Source of the DNA: an uncultured bacterium
GTDB lineage: Bacteria > UBP14 > UBA6098 > B30-G16
Assembly (NCBI GenBank): GCA_964443405.1
Contig: CAYUDB010000002.1
Location: forward strand, 1-46,302
Direction of reading: 5' to 3'
DNA length: 46,302 nucleotides
Shown here: positions 20,001 to 28,620 of the stretch, piece after piece
Layout: every line of letters begins with the position of its first letter
How positions within the stretch are numbered: the stretch's first letter is position 1
The notes under the pieces: model-generated
What the model saw: the letters and a program-made list of their open reading frames with translations, nothing else
Databases searched by the model: none
Told to the model about the DNA's origin: nothing
Program-made: the position numbers and the translations under genes

Positions 20001-23000
20001 CATCAAGCTTTGAGCATACGGTTTCTTGCGACGACACAATATCTTGGTTTGTGATTGCGCACAATTCTTGCGGCACAGACACTTGCGACACATGGACTTT
20101 CTCCACAAAAACATCGCCAGAAGCGCCAAATTTAATCTCACCAGCAGATGGCACAGTAGATTTACCGCCTGGCATCATGGTATTGCGCTGGCACTCTGCC
20201 ACAAGTGGCTCAACACCTTACACTTACGATGTTTATTACGATGGTGCACTGTTGGCAGATGGCATAACAGATACGTCACAAAGCGTAACTGTAGATTGCA
20301 GCGAAACTCATGAATGGTTTGTGGTTGTGCAGAACGCATGTGCCGCCGACACAACCGACACTTGGGATTTTGCCACATATCCGTGCGGCATGCCTATGGC
20401 TTCACTTATCGAACCTTTTGAAGGTGCGTGGAGTGCCTGCCCCGACCAGAACATCGTTTTTTCGATTATCGATTCGGTGGCAATAGATGCGGCGTCCATT
20501 CGCCTCACGGTGAATCACACGACTTACGATGTTTCCGATTCGCGCCTCACTTTCGACGGTGAAACTTTGATTTTTGTGCCATCGCCACACTGGACCGATG
20601 GCGAACTCATTGAGTTCTGCATCGATTCTTGCGCGAACGTCTATGGTGTTCAGCTTGCGGACTTTTGCTCGCATTTTCGCGCAGATTTGAGTGCGCCTGT
20701 GGCATCGGCTTTCGTGCCTGCACCATCGTCAACGGTGATAGATTTTTCGCCACTCGTATCTTTCCGGCTCGAAGATGCGCTATCAGGTCTGGATGAAACT
20801 TCCATCCGCGCGACAATTTCCTACGGAACTACCACCGAAACCTTCGCCATCGGCGATTTCGGCGTGTATTGGGTTTCGGGCGTTATGAACATCGAACTTG
20901 ACGATTTGGGCATAATCCTGCCGCCAGGGGAGACGATTACAGTCTGCCTTCACGCCACCGACAACCCCGATTACTGTGTAGAAAACGTCCTCGACACATG
21001 CTGGTCCTTCGTGATGATGTCTGATGCACCGGTGGCAACGCTCGTTACACCACAAAATGGTGTTTTCCTTTCGTGCCCGATGCAAAGCATCGTCGTCGCC
21101 ATAACTTCCGGCGTGGGCATCGATGCGGCTACCATAGAGTTCACTGTCAACGGCGTGAGCTACAGTGTTGCGTCGCCCGAGCTGCTCTTTGCCGACGACA
21201 CGCTCACTTTCACGCCCGCAACGCCGTGGGCTGAGGGAACGTTGGTGAGCTGGACTCTCGTTCGCGCCGATGACATTATGGGAGAAGCGCTTGCGGCAAC
21301 ACTTTCGGGCAGTTTCACCGTTGACATAGCGGCGCCGGTGCTCGTAAGTTTTGCACCGCCCGCACTCGACACCGTTGCCACCGCAACACCGACAATTCGC
21401 GCCGTAGTTTTCGACGCCACCGCCGGATTAGACTTATCCTCGCTCGTGCTCACAATCGACGGCGTGCCTGCAACCTTTGTGCCTCGCGATTCCGTCGATG
21501 GCGAGCGTTACGTAATAATCGAACTGACGCACACCTTTGCGCACAACGACACCCCGCACATTTGCATCACTGCTGCCGATTCCATCGATACAACATATTG
21601 TGCCGCCAATGTGTTACACTTTTGCTGGCAATTCGAAATCGACATTTTACCGCCGCAAGTAGGTTCGTTGCAAACGCCCGCAGGCGAGGCACTCGACTCA
21701 ATGATAACTGCTTGCGGCGACATGGGTTTCTGTTTCAACCTCACCGACACAATAGTCTCGCACGGCATCGACTCGGCATCGGTGCGCGTGGACGTTGACG
21801 GCACCGAATACAACCTTGCGTCTGCGGAGCTTTCGTTCGATGGCTCGCGCGTGTGCTTTGTTCCGACGGCAGCTTTCGCTTCGGGCGAAGTGGTTGCCAT
21901 AACGTTGCTCGAAGCGCGCGATAATGTTGGCAACGCAATTGTGCCGCGCAACTGGGCTTACACCATCGATACCGAAGCGCCAATTGTAACTGGCGCATTG
22001 CCCGCAGATGGCGAAGAGATCGGTACGCTCACGCCAACAGTGCGCTTCGATCTCTCCGACGCAGTTTCGGGCGTTGCACACGACAGCACAGTTTTCTGCG
22101 TGACAATTTCGGGCGGCAGCGAAGTTTGCTTTAGCGCCGGTAGCGCGGGCTTCTCGCGAACGGGAGCGCACTACGCAATGGACTTTGCGGCTTTGGGCAT
22201 AACCCTTGCGGGCGGCGACGCGGTAACCGTGTGCGTGCGCACGCGCGACTTGCCCGACATCTGCGCAGCCAACGCCCTCGATACGTGCTGGGGCTTCTCG
22301 ATTCCCATCGGCGGACCGCGCGCGACGCCAGTTGAGCCGTTGGCGGGCACATTTTCCGCATGCGCCGACCAGCCCATAATAATGTCGCTCGGCGACCCCG
22401 ACGGCGTTGTGGACTCCACCATACTTTTCGCAGTGGACGGCGCGCATTTCACCACCGCCTCGCCGCAGCTTGCGTATTTCGCCTCGCGCGACTCGCTCGT
22501 ATTCACGCCAGCCGCCAGCTGGGCAGACGGCGCTGTGGTCGCGTGCTCGCTTTTGGCGGCGGCAGACGTTTTTGGCAACGACCTCGTCGGTGCACCTGTG
22601 GCGTGGACGTTCACAGTTGACTTGGCAGCGCCGATTGTGTCGGCAGTTGCGCCAGCGCCCGGATCGGTAGTGGGAACTGTTTGCCCAACAATAACTTTCG
22701 ACCTCAACGACTTCGGCTCAGGCTTAGACGTAACATCCGTTACCATCGACGTAACCGACGGCACTTCGACAGTAGCGCTTTCGCTTTCACCCGTTTCGGC
22801 AGGCGTAACTTTCGTAGGATCGCGAGTTACTATCGCGTTGTGCGCCGCAGGCTTACACCCATCGGGCGGCGACGAAATCGCAGTTTCGCTCCACGCCGAA
22901 GATGCGCCCGATTACTGCGCACCGAACGCGCTCGACTCAACATGGAGATTTTCGGTGGAGGCAGGCGGACCTGTTGCCACCATGGTTTGCCCAGCGCTCG

Positions 23001-26000
23001 ACGGAGCATGCTGGGGCTGTAACCCGCGCTTCGACATCGACATAGCCGATTCAAACGGTGTGGTGCCCGAGAGCATAGTCCTGAACGTTGAGGGCGTGGA
23101 GTATCGCGTAGGCGGAGCACGCATAACATGGGCGCCGCCAGTGCTAAGCTTCGACGGCACAGCGCTTTTCGCCGACGGCACAGTTGTGGACGTAGAACTT
23201 TCGGCGGCAGAAGACGTGCTCGGCAACCCGCTTACGGCGCCGCTCGTCTTCGACTTCGCCCTCGATTTCACGCCACCCACGCCAGTGGCGACCATACCGG
23301 CATCAGGCGCGTATGTTGAAGATACATCGCCACTTATCGCAGTGCGCTGGGTCAACGGCGGATGCGCGCCAGTTGCCTACGATTTGTCGAGCTTCACCAT
23401 CGACGGCAGCAGCTTCGACGTTGCCGAAAGTGCTGTTTACTGGCACGGCGACACGCTCTACTTCGACCCCGATTCCGTTGCGCGCGAATGGGTTGGCGGC
23501 TCGACAGTTGCGGTTTGCGCCACCGCCGTAAGCTACGGCGACACCGTCTGCGGAGAGTTTTGCCCGCACGACACGACCGTTTGCTACAACTTCCACATCT
23601 CACGCGGCGGACCCGTCGCCGAAGCGGTGGAACCGTTGCCGGGCGAATACTCCGCGTGCATCGACCAAGCCATCGTCATCAGCATCGCCGACCGCAACGG
23701 CGTTGACGCGGCGACCATCGTCATCGAGGTGAACGGCGTGCGCTACGCTTTCGGCGCCCCCGAACTCGCCTACGACAGCGCCACCGAGTTGCTCACGTTC
23801 ACACCCACCGGCGGCAGCTGGGCAGGCGGCTCAGCCACAGTAAACGTTACCGTTGTCGCCGCCGACGACATGCTTGGCAACCCGCTCGAGGCGCCGTTGT
23901 CCTACGCCTTCATCCTCGACTTCGACGCACCGACGTTTGTTTCGCCTAACCCGTTGCCAGCCGCGATAATAGGTGTGGTCGCGCCCGAAATTTCCATCGA
24001 CATCGCCGACGCACTTTCGGGCGTTGACGCAGCCACCGTTGTGCTCAACATCGACGGCACCGACTTTGCGGCGCCACACGCGGCATTCAGCTTCGTCGGC
24101 GGAAACCTCGTGTTCGACAGCGAGTTAGCCGGCTTATCGTGGAGCGGCGGCGACGTCGTAAACATCTGCGTCCGCGCCGGAGACAGCCCCGATTACTGCG
24201 CCGCGAACATCGACACCTTCTGCTGGAGCTTCGCCATCGCCACCGGCGGACCAGTCGCGACAATCGTCGAGCCACTCGACACAACCGTTTCCGCCTGCGC
24301 CGACCAACGCATCCTCGTCCTGCTCGCCGATCCCGACGGCATCGACGAAGCGACAATTGCGCTCTCCGTAAACGGGCATGTTTACGCACTCGGCGAAACG
24401 CTTGCGTTGCACGGAGATACACTCATCTTCGACGCGGGCATGTTCTGGGGCGTAGGCGGGCACGTTGACGTCGCCCTGATCTCCGCCTCGGACGTTTTGG
24501 GCAATGCGCTGAGCGGCGCGCCGATTGCCTGGAGCTTCGATTTGGACTTTGCGCCCCCCGTGATTTCCGCCGCCGCCCCGACGGGCGATGTCGCCAACTG
24601 GCAACAACTTATCAGCGCCGTAGTCACCGACGCGCTGCTCGGAGTGGACGAAGCCAGCTTGCGCGTGGAGCTTTCTGGCGTCTTCGGTTCGAGTGGCAGC
24701 ATCGTCGCGAGCGGCGCCAACAGCGGCTTTTCGTTTGCCGACACACTGTTACGCTTCGACCCCGCCGCAGCGTCGCGAGATGAGTTCGCCCTCGACTATG
24801 GTTCGTGCGCCGACACGCAACTTGCCGCCGCAGGCATTTTCTTCACCGAAATGGAAACCGTTGCTGTGAAAGTATTTGCGAGCGACAACGTCCCCGACTA
24901 TTGCGTTGCCAACGACACGTTCTTCGCCTACAACTTCTATGTCCCCGACGACGACACAGCAGCGCCAGTGTTCGCCGACTTTGCGCCACTCTACGCGCCC
25001 ACGCGCACAGCGTTCACCGTAAGCCTATCAGTCGCCGACACTTCGGGCGTTTTCGCGAGCGCGCCATTTGCGCCCTATATAGAGGTAGGCGGCGCGTCCA
25101 TCGCCCTTTTGCTCGACTCCATCGCCGACGGGCGCGCGCACTTCCACAGCGCCGAAGCCGTGGGACCGTTCGCCGACACCGCCACCGTAACCTTGCGCGC
25201 CTACGCCTACGATGCCGACTTCGACTTCTGCAACCCGAGCGACCCGACCGAAGGCGTTGATGTGTGGACAGTTGCGATTTTAGCCGGACCGGAGGCAGCG
25301 CCAGTTGTGCCGGCACCGAACACAGTCTCCGCCTGCGACGACCAGGTTATCGAAATCGCGTTGACCGACCCCGACGGAGTGGACGTTGCCTCGATCGTGC
25401 TGTTTGTCGAGGGCGAAGCGCACGCGTGGGGCGACGAAAAACTGGCGTACAATGCCGCCGAAGCGCGACTTTCCTACATTCCCGCCGCCGACGAGTTCGC
25501 CGACGGGCAAGTTGTGGACGTCCTTTTGACTGGCGTGCGCGACGAATTGGGCAATGTTATGTGGGATACGTTGCGTTATTCGTTCGTAGTGGACTTGGTT
25601 GCGCCGGCAGCGGTTTTGGTCTCGCCGGTACCTGGCAGCATGGTGCGGTCCAACTACCCAGATTTGACATTCGCGCTTTCCGACAACATCGCCGGTATCT
25701 CAGCGCAGTCCATAGAGTTGCGAGTTTACGGCGAAGCGTTTGCACTTGCGCCCGGAGTGCTCGAACTCGTCGCCGCAGCGGACTCACTTTCGGGCAACCT
25801 TTACTTCCACACGCTCGGAACGTCGTTAGTTTTCCCCGCCGGCGACACAGTTTGGCTCGAACTTTCGCTTGCCGACAACCCCGATTACTGTGCCGGCAAC
25901 GCGGCAACATTTGCCTACTACTTCTGGGTGGAACCCGACGTCGGATGCCACGTTGTTCCTAACCCCATGACTCCCAACGGCGACGGAGTGAACGATGCTG

Positions 26001-26239
26001 CGAGCGTCGCTTACCCTGGCATGTTCTCCGAGAGCGCAACGCTGAAAATCTTCAACTTGCGCAACGTCGAAGTTTACTCTGCGGACATCGAACCGATTGA
26101 TTCGTATGCAGAAGCGAGCGGGCGCATGTGGGACGGGCGCACAAACTCCGGCGAACAGTGCGCACCCGGCATCTACCTTTACGTGATCATCGAGGACGGC
26201 GAAGTTGTATGCAACGGAACGATAACTCTTGTGCGGTAA
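17009..26239 (+). CDS. Giant (~3076 aa) secreted repeat protein/adhesin with a T9SS type-B (CHU_C, gliding-motility-associated) C-terminal domain
   Basis: ATG at 17009 after GGAGGA, then a signal peptide. An N-terminal domain and Ig/PKD-like Thr/Ser-rich repeats are followed by 4 FN3-like repeats (19316-20386) and 8 two-domain Ig-like units (20387-25936). C-terminus PNPMTPNGDGVND...IFN...WDG...PGIYLYVI...GTITLVR. Confidence 0.9.
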   Translation: MKNFVPFNLKFAVLVAVWCLVFTQLFATEHVIDDMEVTRLLAVMPDVTADRPAYDLWKVEFARAIRGARDAELLDILEPMDNNTMNGYVHGSVDETYGEFSEGGDPGGAGAYQKLMYAYSSTPSTSWIMYYVDGTAGKTNETLPASSSNYISGGTVYNVWNNWNNVYIRQEISAVRLGSTPGENEQVKFKCVLKPADAACHTVGAIVYYDTQLDANDAAPISTAFGYTGIASIYYAPTIPGIWRAYEGAYPPAATDLVALGILIGFEATMPDVFWYGSWPASVSNGWADAEWAADVGGTFGDSATMVKWYPRNVCPGDSIVFVTYYGIGDILGTSVNFSHTTPTITPGCGYVTPDPMTLTFIVSNAGVSAANNVQLSISLAGSSLTLAGGDPNPRSIGTLAGYGGSASVNWQVDIPPSAYGTTQCYTVTLSWTGGTSIVRNYCVTIPNPTAAPTPTVTADATTVCTGGCTYLHGTVGTLPVGFSWSWSPTTGLSDPLSLNPQACPTVTTTYTLTVTDGGSCTASASRTITVNPPPTVTMPDYPICSGSSATLTPTITGTYTSILWSTGATTPSITVSPTSTTTYWVEVCNGAGCCRRDTSTVNVSTPMTVTITPSSANICSGGSVGLTASVTGGVASYNYSWSPATGLSSTTSATPTASPTSTTTYTCTVTDAYGCTASRTVTVNVSTPMTVTITPSSANICSGGSVGLTASVTGGVASYNYSWSPATGLSSTTSATPTASPTSTTTYTCTVTDAYGCTASRTVEVQILPNPAAPVLISVPNGATDVPSGSVCFFWHPSATAPSYNFYLDGTALATAILETTFCTTIECAHTYNWYVSATNSCGTANSLTWNFSTQTAPTLPTHVSPANDATDISAGSVTLDWTDATGSAPITYTVHVNGVVVASGISASQFDISVPCDDTISWYVDASNACGTVSTAPWVFYTSTSPSGTTPIAPPDGSIELAAGTILLDWTDAIGSSPITYDVYADGVSVATGLTSSSFEHTVSCDDTISWFVIAHNSCGTDTCDTWTFSTKTSPEAPNLISPADGTVDLPPGIMVLRWHSATSGSTPYTYDVYYDGALLADGITDTSQSVTVDCSETHEWFVVVQNACAADTTDTWDFATYPCGMPMASLIEPFEGAWSACPDQNIVFSIIDSVAIDAASIRLTVNHTTYDVSDSRLTFDGETLIFVPSPHWTDGELIEFCIDSCANVYGVQLADFCSHFRADLSAPVASAFVPAPSSTVIDFSPLVSFRLEDALSGLDETSIRATISYGTTTETFAIGDFGVYWVSGVMNIELDDLGIILPPGETITVCLHATDNPDYCVENVLDTCWSFVMMSDAPVATLVTPQNGVFLSCPMQSIVVAITSGVGIDAATIEFTVNGVSYSVASPELLFADDTLTFTPATPWAEGTLVSWTLVRADDIMGEALAATLSGSFTVDIAAPVLVSFAPPALDTVATATPTIRAVVFDATAGLDLSSLVLTIDGVPATFVPRDSVDGERYVIIELTHTFAHNDTPHICITAADSIDTTYCAANVLHFCWQFEIDILPPQVGSLQTPAGEALDSMITACGDMGFCFNLTDTIVSHGIDSASVRVDVDGTEYNLASAELSFDGSRVCFVPTAAFASGEVVAITLLEARDNVGNAIVPRNWAYTIDTEAPIVTGALPADGEEIGTLTPTVRFDLSDAVSGVAHDSTVFCVTISGGSEVCFSAGSAGFSRTGAHYAMDFAALGITLAGGDAVTVCVRTRDLPDICAANALDTCWGFSIPIGGPRATPVEPLAGTFSACADQPIIMSLGDPDGVVDSTILFAVDGAHFTTASPQLAYFASRDSLVFTPAASWADGAVVACSLLAAADVFGNDLVGAPVAWTFTVDLAAPIVSAVAPAPGSVVGTVCPTITFDLNDFGSGLDVTSVTIDVTDGTSTVALSLSPVSAGVTFVGSRVTIALCAAGLHPSGGDEIAVSLHAEDAPDYCAPNALDSTWRFSVEAGGPVATMVCPALDGACWGCNPRFDIDIADSNGVVPESIVLNVEGVEYRVGGARITWAPPVLSFDGTALFADGTVVDVELSAAEDVLGNPLTAPLVFDFALDFTPPTPVATIPASGAYVEDTSPLIAVRWVNGGCAPVAYDLSSFTIDGSSFDVAESAVYWHGDTLYFDPDSVAREWVGGSTVAVCATAVSYGDTVCGEFCPHDTTVCYNFHISRGGPVAEAVEPLPGEYSACIDQAIVISIADRNGVDAATIVIEVNGVRYAFGAPELAYDSATELLTFTPTGGSWAGGSATVNVTVVAADDMLGNPLEAPLSYAFILDFDAPTFVSPNPLPAAIIGVVAPEISIDIADALSGVDAATVVLNIDGTDFAAPHAAFSFVGGNLVFDSELAGLSWSGGDVVNICVRAGDSPDYCAANIDTFCWSFAIATGGPVATIVEPLDTTVSACADQRILVLLADPDGIDEATIALSVNGHVYALGETLALHGDTLIFDAGMFWGVGGHVDVALISASDVLGNALSGAPIAWSFDLDFAPPVISAAAPTGDVANWQQLISAVVTDALLGVDEASLRVELSGVFGSSGSIVASGANSGFSFADTLLRFDPAAASRDEFALDYGSCADTQLAAAGIFFTEMETVAVKVFASDNVPDYCVANDTFFAYNFYVPDDDTAAPVFADFAPLYAPTRTAFTVSLSVADTSGVFASAPFAPYIEVGGASIALLLDSIADGRAHFHSAEAVGPFADTATVTLRAYAYDADFDFCNPSDPTEGVDVWTVAILAGPEAAPVVPAPNTVSACDDQVIEIALTDPDGVDVASIVLFVEGEAHAWGDEKLAYNAAEARLSYIPAADEFADGQVVDVLLTGVRDELGNVMWDTLRYSFVVDLVAPAAVLVSPVPGSMVRSNYPDLTFALSDNIAGISAQSIELRVYGEAFALAPGVLELVAAADSLSGNLYFHTLGTSLVFPAGDTVWLELSLADNPDYCAGNAATFAYYFWVEPDVGCHVVPNPMTPNGDGVNDAASVAYPGMFSESATLKIFNLRNVEVYSADIEPIDSYAEASGRMWDGRTNSGEQCAPGIYLYVIIEDGEVVCNGTITLVR
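18809..19300 (+). repeat. Perfect intragenic tandem duplication, 2 x 246 bp (82 codons)
   Basis: 18809-19054 and 19055-19300 are identical by base-by-base reading; the frame is preserved. Confidence 0.95.
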
Positions 26240-26279
26240 ACGTTGTTTGTCAACAACTTAGCATCTTTTGCGAACAAAG

Positions 26280-26306
26280 AAGCGGTGGAAGTTTCCACCG
26301 CTTTTT
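26280..26306 (+). terminator. Rho-independent terminator of the giant adhesin gene
   Basis: AAGCGGTGGAA-GT-TTCCACCGCTT followed by Ts, 40 nt after the stop. Confidence 0.85.
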
Positions 26307-26443
26307 CATTTGCGCAAAAGATAGAGTTGAGTGTCGTGAGAGAGGGTGTAATTGCCAACAAAAACGACTTTTTTGCAACGAGCGATTTCACGAGAGTTTT
26401 GAAAAACTACTTTTAAGTTGGCATTGCCTTGTAAGTAATTTCG

Positions 26444-26885
26444 AACTTCGTAAAGCTTGCGCCGGAAGCACTGTCGTGCGTTGAGAGAACTGGCTCGCGT
26501 GTAGCAAAATTCTGGTCGAAAGTTGCGCCTTCGTTGTCGCTATCGCCAAACTTCGTAAAGCTTGCACCGAAAGCACAATCGTGTGTCTCGAGAACAGGCT
26601 CGCCTGTTGCAAAATTCTGATCGAAAGTTACGTTTTCGTTGTCGCTATCGCCAAACTTCGTAAAGTTTTCGCCGAAAGCACAGTCGTGCGTCTCGAGAAT
26701 AGGCTCGCATGTTGCAAAATTCTGGTCAAAAGTTACGCTTTTGTTATCGCTAGCACCGCAATTCGGAACATTTTCGCCGAAAGCACTATCACGAGAACAG
26801 AAAGCACTGTCGCGCGTTAAGAGAACAGGCTCGCATGTTGCAAAATTCTGGTCGAAAGTTGCGAAATTTGAACCGAAAGCATCAA
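26444..26885. repeat. Higher-order tandem repeat, 105-bp units built of five diverged 21-mers (~4 units)
   Basis: AACTTCGTAAAG at 26444, 26549 and 26654; the fourth unit carries one extra 21-mer. Open frames exist on both strands (26413-27009 minus, 26639-27232 plus), neither with an SD site. Confidence 0.9.
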
Positions 26886-26983
26886 AATTTTTTAACGATG
26901 CAAACATACCACAATCAATTGTCAAAAAACCTTCAACGCGAGCAATGCATTTCGGACACAAAATATCAAAAATTTTGGCAGTA

Positions 26984-27352
26984 GCATCGCGCGCCGCAAA
27001 GTGTATCATCGCCGCAACATTGAAAACGTCGCAAATCGCAACATATTTAACCGCCGTCGCACCAAAACTTTATAGTGCCGACAGATTTATCAACGTCGCT
27101 TACTTTAAACTATCGCGCTCCGCAATACATTTAATCGCAGCCGCACCAAAACTTTATAGTGCCGACAGATTTATTAACTCCGCCTCAATAAAAGCATCGC
27201 GCGCCGCAAAGTTTATCATCGCCGCCGCTTAAAACATATAATGATACGCTAGTTTAGTAATCGCCGCTGCTTAAAACATATCGCACCACGCTAGATTATT
27301 AATCGCCGCCGCTTTGAAAAAACCGCGCGCCGCAAAGTTTGTCATCGCCGCA
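26984..27352. repeat. Degenerate tandem repeat on a 42-bp (2 x 21) lattice
   Basis: CGCGCGCCGCAAAG at 26988, 27198 and 27324 (offsets 210 and 126); GCACCAAAACTTTATAGTGCCGACAGATTTAT at 27059 and 27143 (offset 84); in-frame stops occur after 27232. Confidence 0.8.
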
Positions 27353-27372
27353 AGGTCGTGAGGGTCAGAAGT

Positions 27373-28548
27373 TTAGATTGGCTTCGGGATTACAACGACA
27401 TCACTACGCGGAGTAGCATAGAAACCGTTCGTCGCCCAAACTTGCGCGTAAATATCTCGCTCAGGATCCGGCGAAATACGCATGTAATTCACGTGCAACA
27501 GCTCGCCAACCGGCTCATCGTCAATCAAAACCAAGTAGTCCACAGCGCCTGCCAACAAATCCCAACGCAACATCTGCTCAGTAGCCTCATACCTGAAGTT
27601 CATAATGACGCCAAGCGAGAAAATCTCAATGTCAAGCGGCGCAGAAGGTTCGCTCGTCTGCTCCGGAGATTGCGCTGTCACGCGAAACTGGTTTTGACCA
27701 ATAAAACCGTTGTTAAGTATCCACTCCAACTTGTTAGTCTTCGCGATAACTGAAAACTTTTCATCAGACTTCAGCTTGTGCTCTATTATATAAGTAGTCG
27801 CAGTCGGCACCTCAGACCAGTTAAGCTTTATCGAAGTGCTGTCATAAGCCAAATTCTTCGGCGCAGGCAAGATTTCCTCTTCATTTGTCGTCCAAATCTG
27901 AGATTTTGGCACGAAACCCAAGTCCAAAAGCTTCGGAGAATCATCGCCCCATATCAACTTCGCATAACTATATATCACCTTCAGGTTCGTTGAACCCAAA
28001 TCAAACGCAGTTTTCTTGAGTTCAAAGGCACTCATCTTCTGCGACTTGCCCTGAGTTGCGGAAATATAAAGGTCGTTCGCCTCATTCCGAAGTGTGGTCA
28101 GCTGCGTAATGACAGTGAATGGCAAAACCCGAGGATCACCAGCCGCCGTAAGCCGCGCATCCGTCTCGCGCATGTCGTCGATGGCGTGAAACAAGCTTTT
28201 GCGACTCGTAGGAGTTTGAATATCAACGTCATACGCGCTCATAATGTCGTCATTTTTGCCGTACTGGTCGATAATCGAGATGAGCAAATCCTTCGCCTTG
28301 GCGTAATATTTGCGCACCTCATCGAACTTTTTCTGAAACTCTTGGTAAGCCTCGTTCAACTCACCTTGCTCAACGTCCGCAGCAGTCCAAGCCTGCGTCC
28401 ACGACGCGTGAGAAGTCTGCGCCCAAGTGAGAAGCACGCCCGTAATGCCGAGTTCTGCCGCATACGTATCGATGTTCGACTGCAACAGAAGACAGCGCTC
28501 CTCACGAGAGCCGTCAGTGTCCTTCGAGAACGAATTGTTGATGAGCAT
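27373..28548 (-). CDS. Hypothetical protein (391 aa): helical N-terminal domain plus one clear and one degenerate FN3-like domain, no signal peptide
   Basis: ATG at 28548 after GGAGGTGG. An amphipathic helical region (ELNEAYQEFQKKFDEVRKYYAKAKDLL) precedes PAPKNL....IKLNWSEVPTATTYII...FRVTA...SEPS, which is an FN3 pattern. Confidence 0.85.
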   Translation of the reverse strand: MLINNSFSKDTDGSREERCLLLQSNIDTYAAELGITGVLLTWAQTSHASWTQAWTAADVEQGELNEAYQEFQKKFDEVRKYYAKAKDLLISIIDQYGKNDDIMSAYDVDIQTPTSRKSLFHAIDDMRETDARLTAAGDPRVLPFTVITQLTTLRNEANDLYISATQGKSQKMSAFELKKTAFDLGSTNLKVIYSYAKLIWGDDSPKLLDLGFVPKSQIWTTNEEEILPAPKNLAYDSTSIKLNWSEVPTATTYIIEHKLKSDEKFSVIAKTNKLEWILNNGFIGQNQFRVTAQSPEQTSEPSAPLDIEIFSLGVIMNFRYEATEQMLRWDLLAGAVDYLVLIDDEPVGELLHVNYMRISPDPERDIYAQVWATNGFYATPRSDVVVIPKPI

Positions 28549-28620
28549 AGAACCACCTCCGATTAAAATTGTTGTTTTCCTTAGCAAATTTGGCTAAAAG
28601 CTTATGTGAGAACGGTTTAA

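Noticed and set aside
20300-26200. Numerous 60-250-aa alternative-frame and antisense ORFs within the giant gene (likewise within 37571-41074)
   Set aside because: These are expected shadow ORFs of GC-rich coding sequence, with Arg/Ala-rich composition and no motifs.
26413-27232. Repeat ORFs 26413-27009 (-) and 26639-27232 (+) as genes
   Set aside because: They overlap on opposite strands, lack SD sites, and stay open because the repeat period is a multiple of 3. Kept as repeats, not called as CDS.
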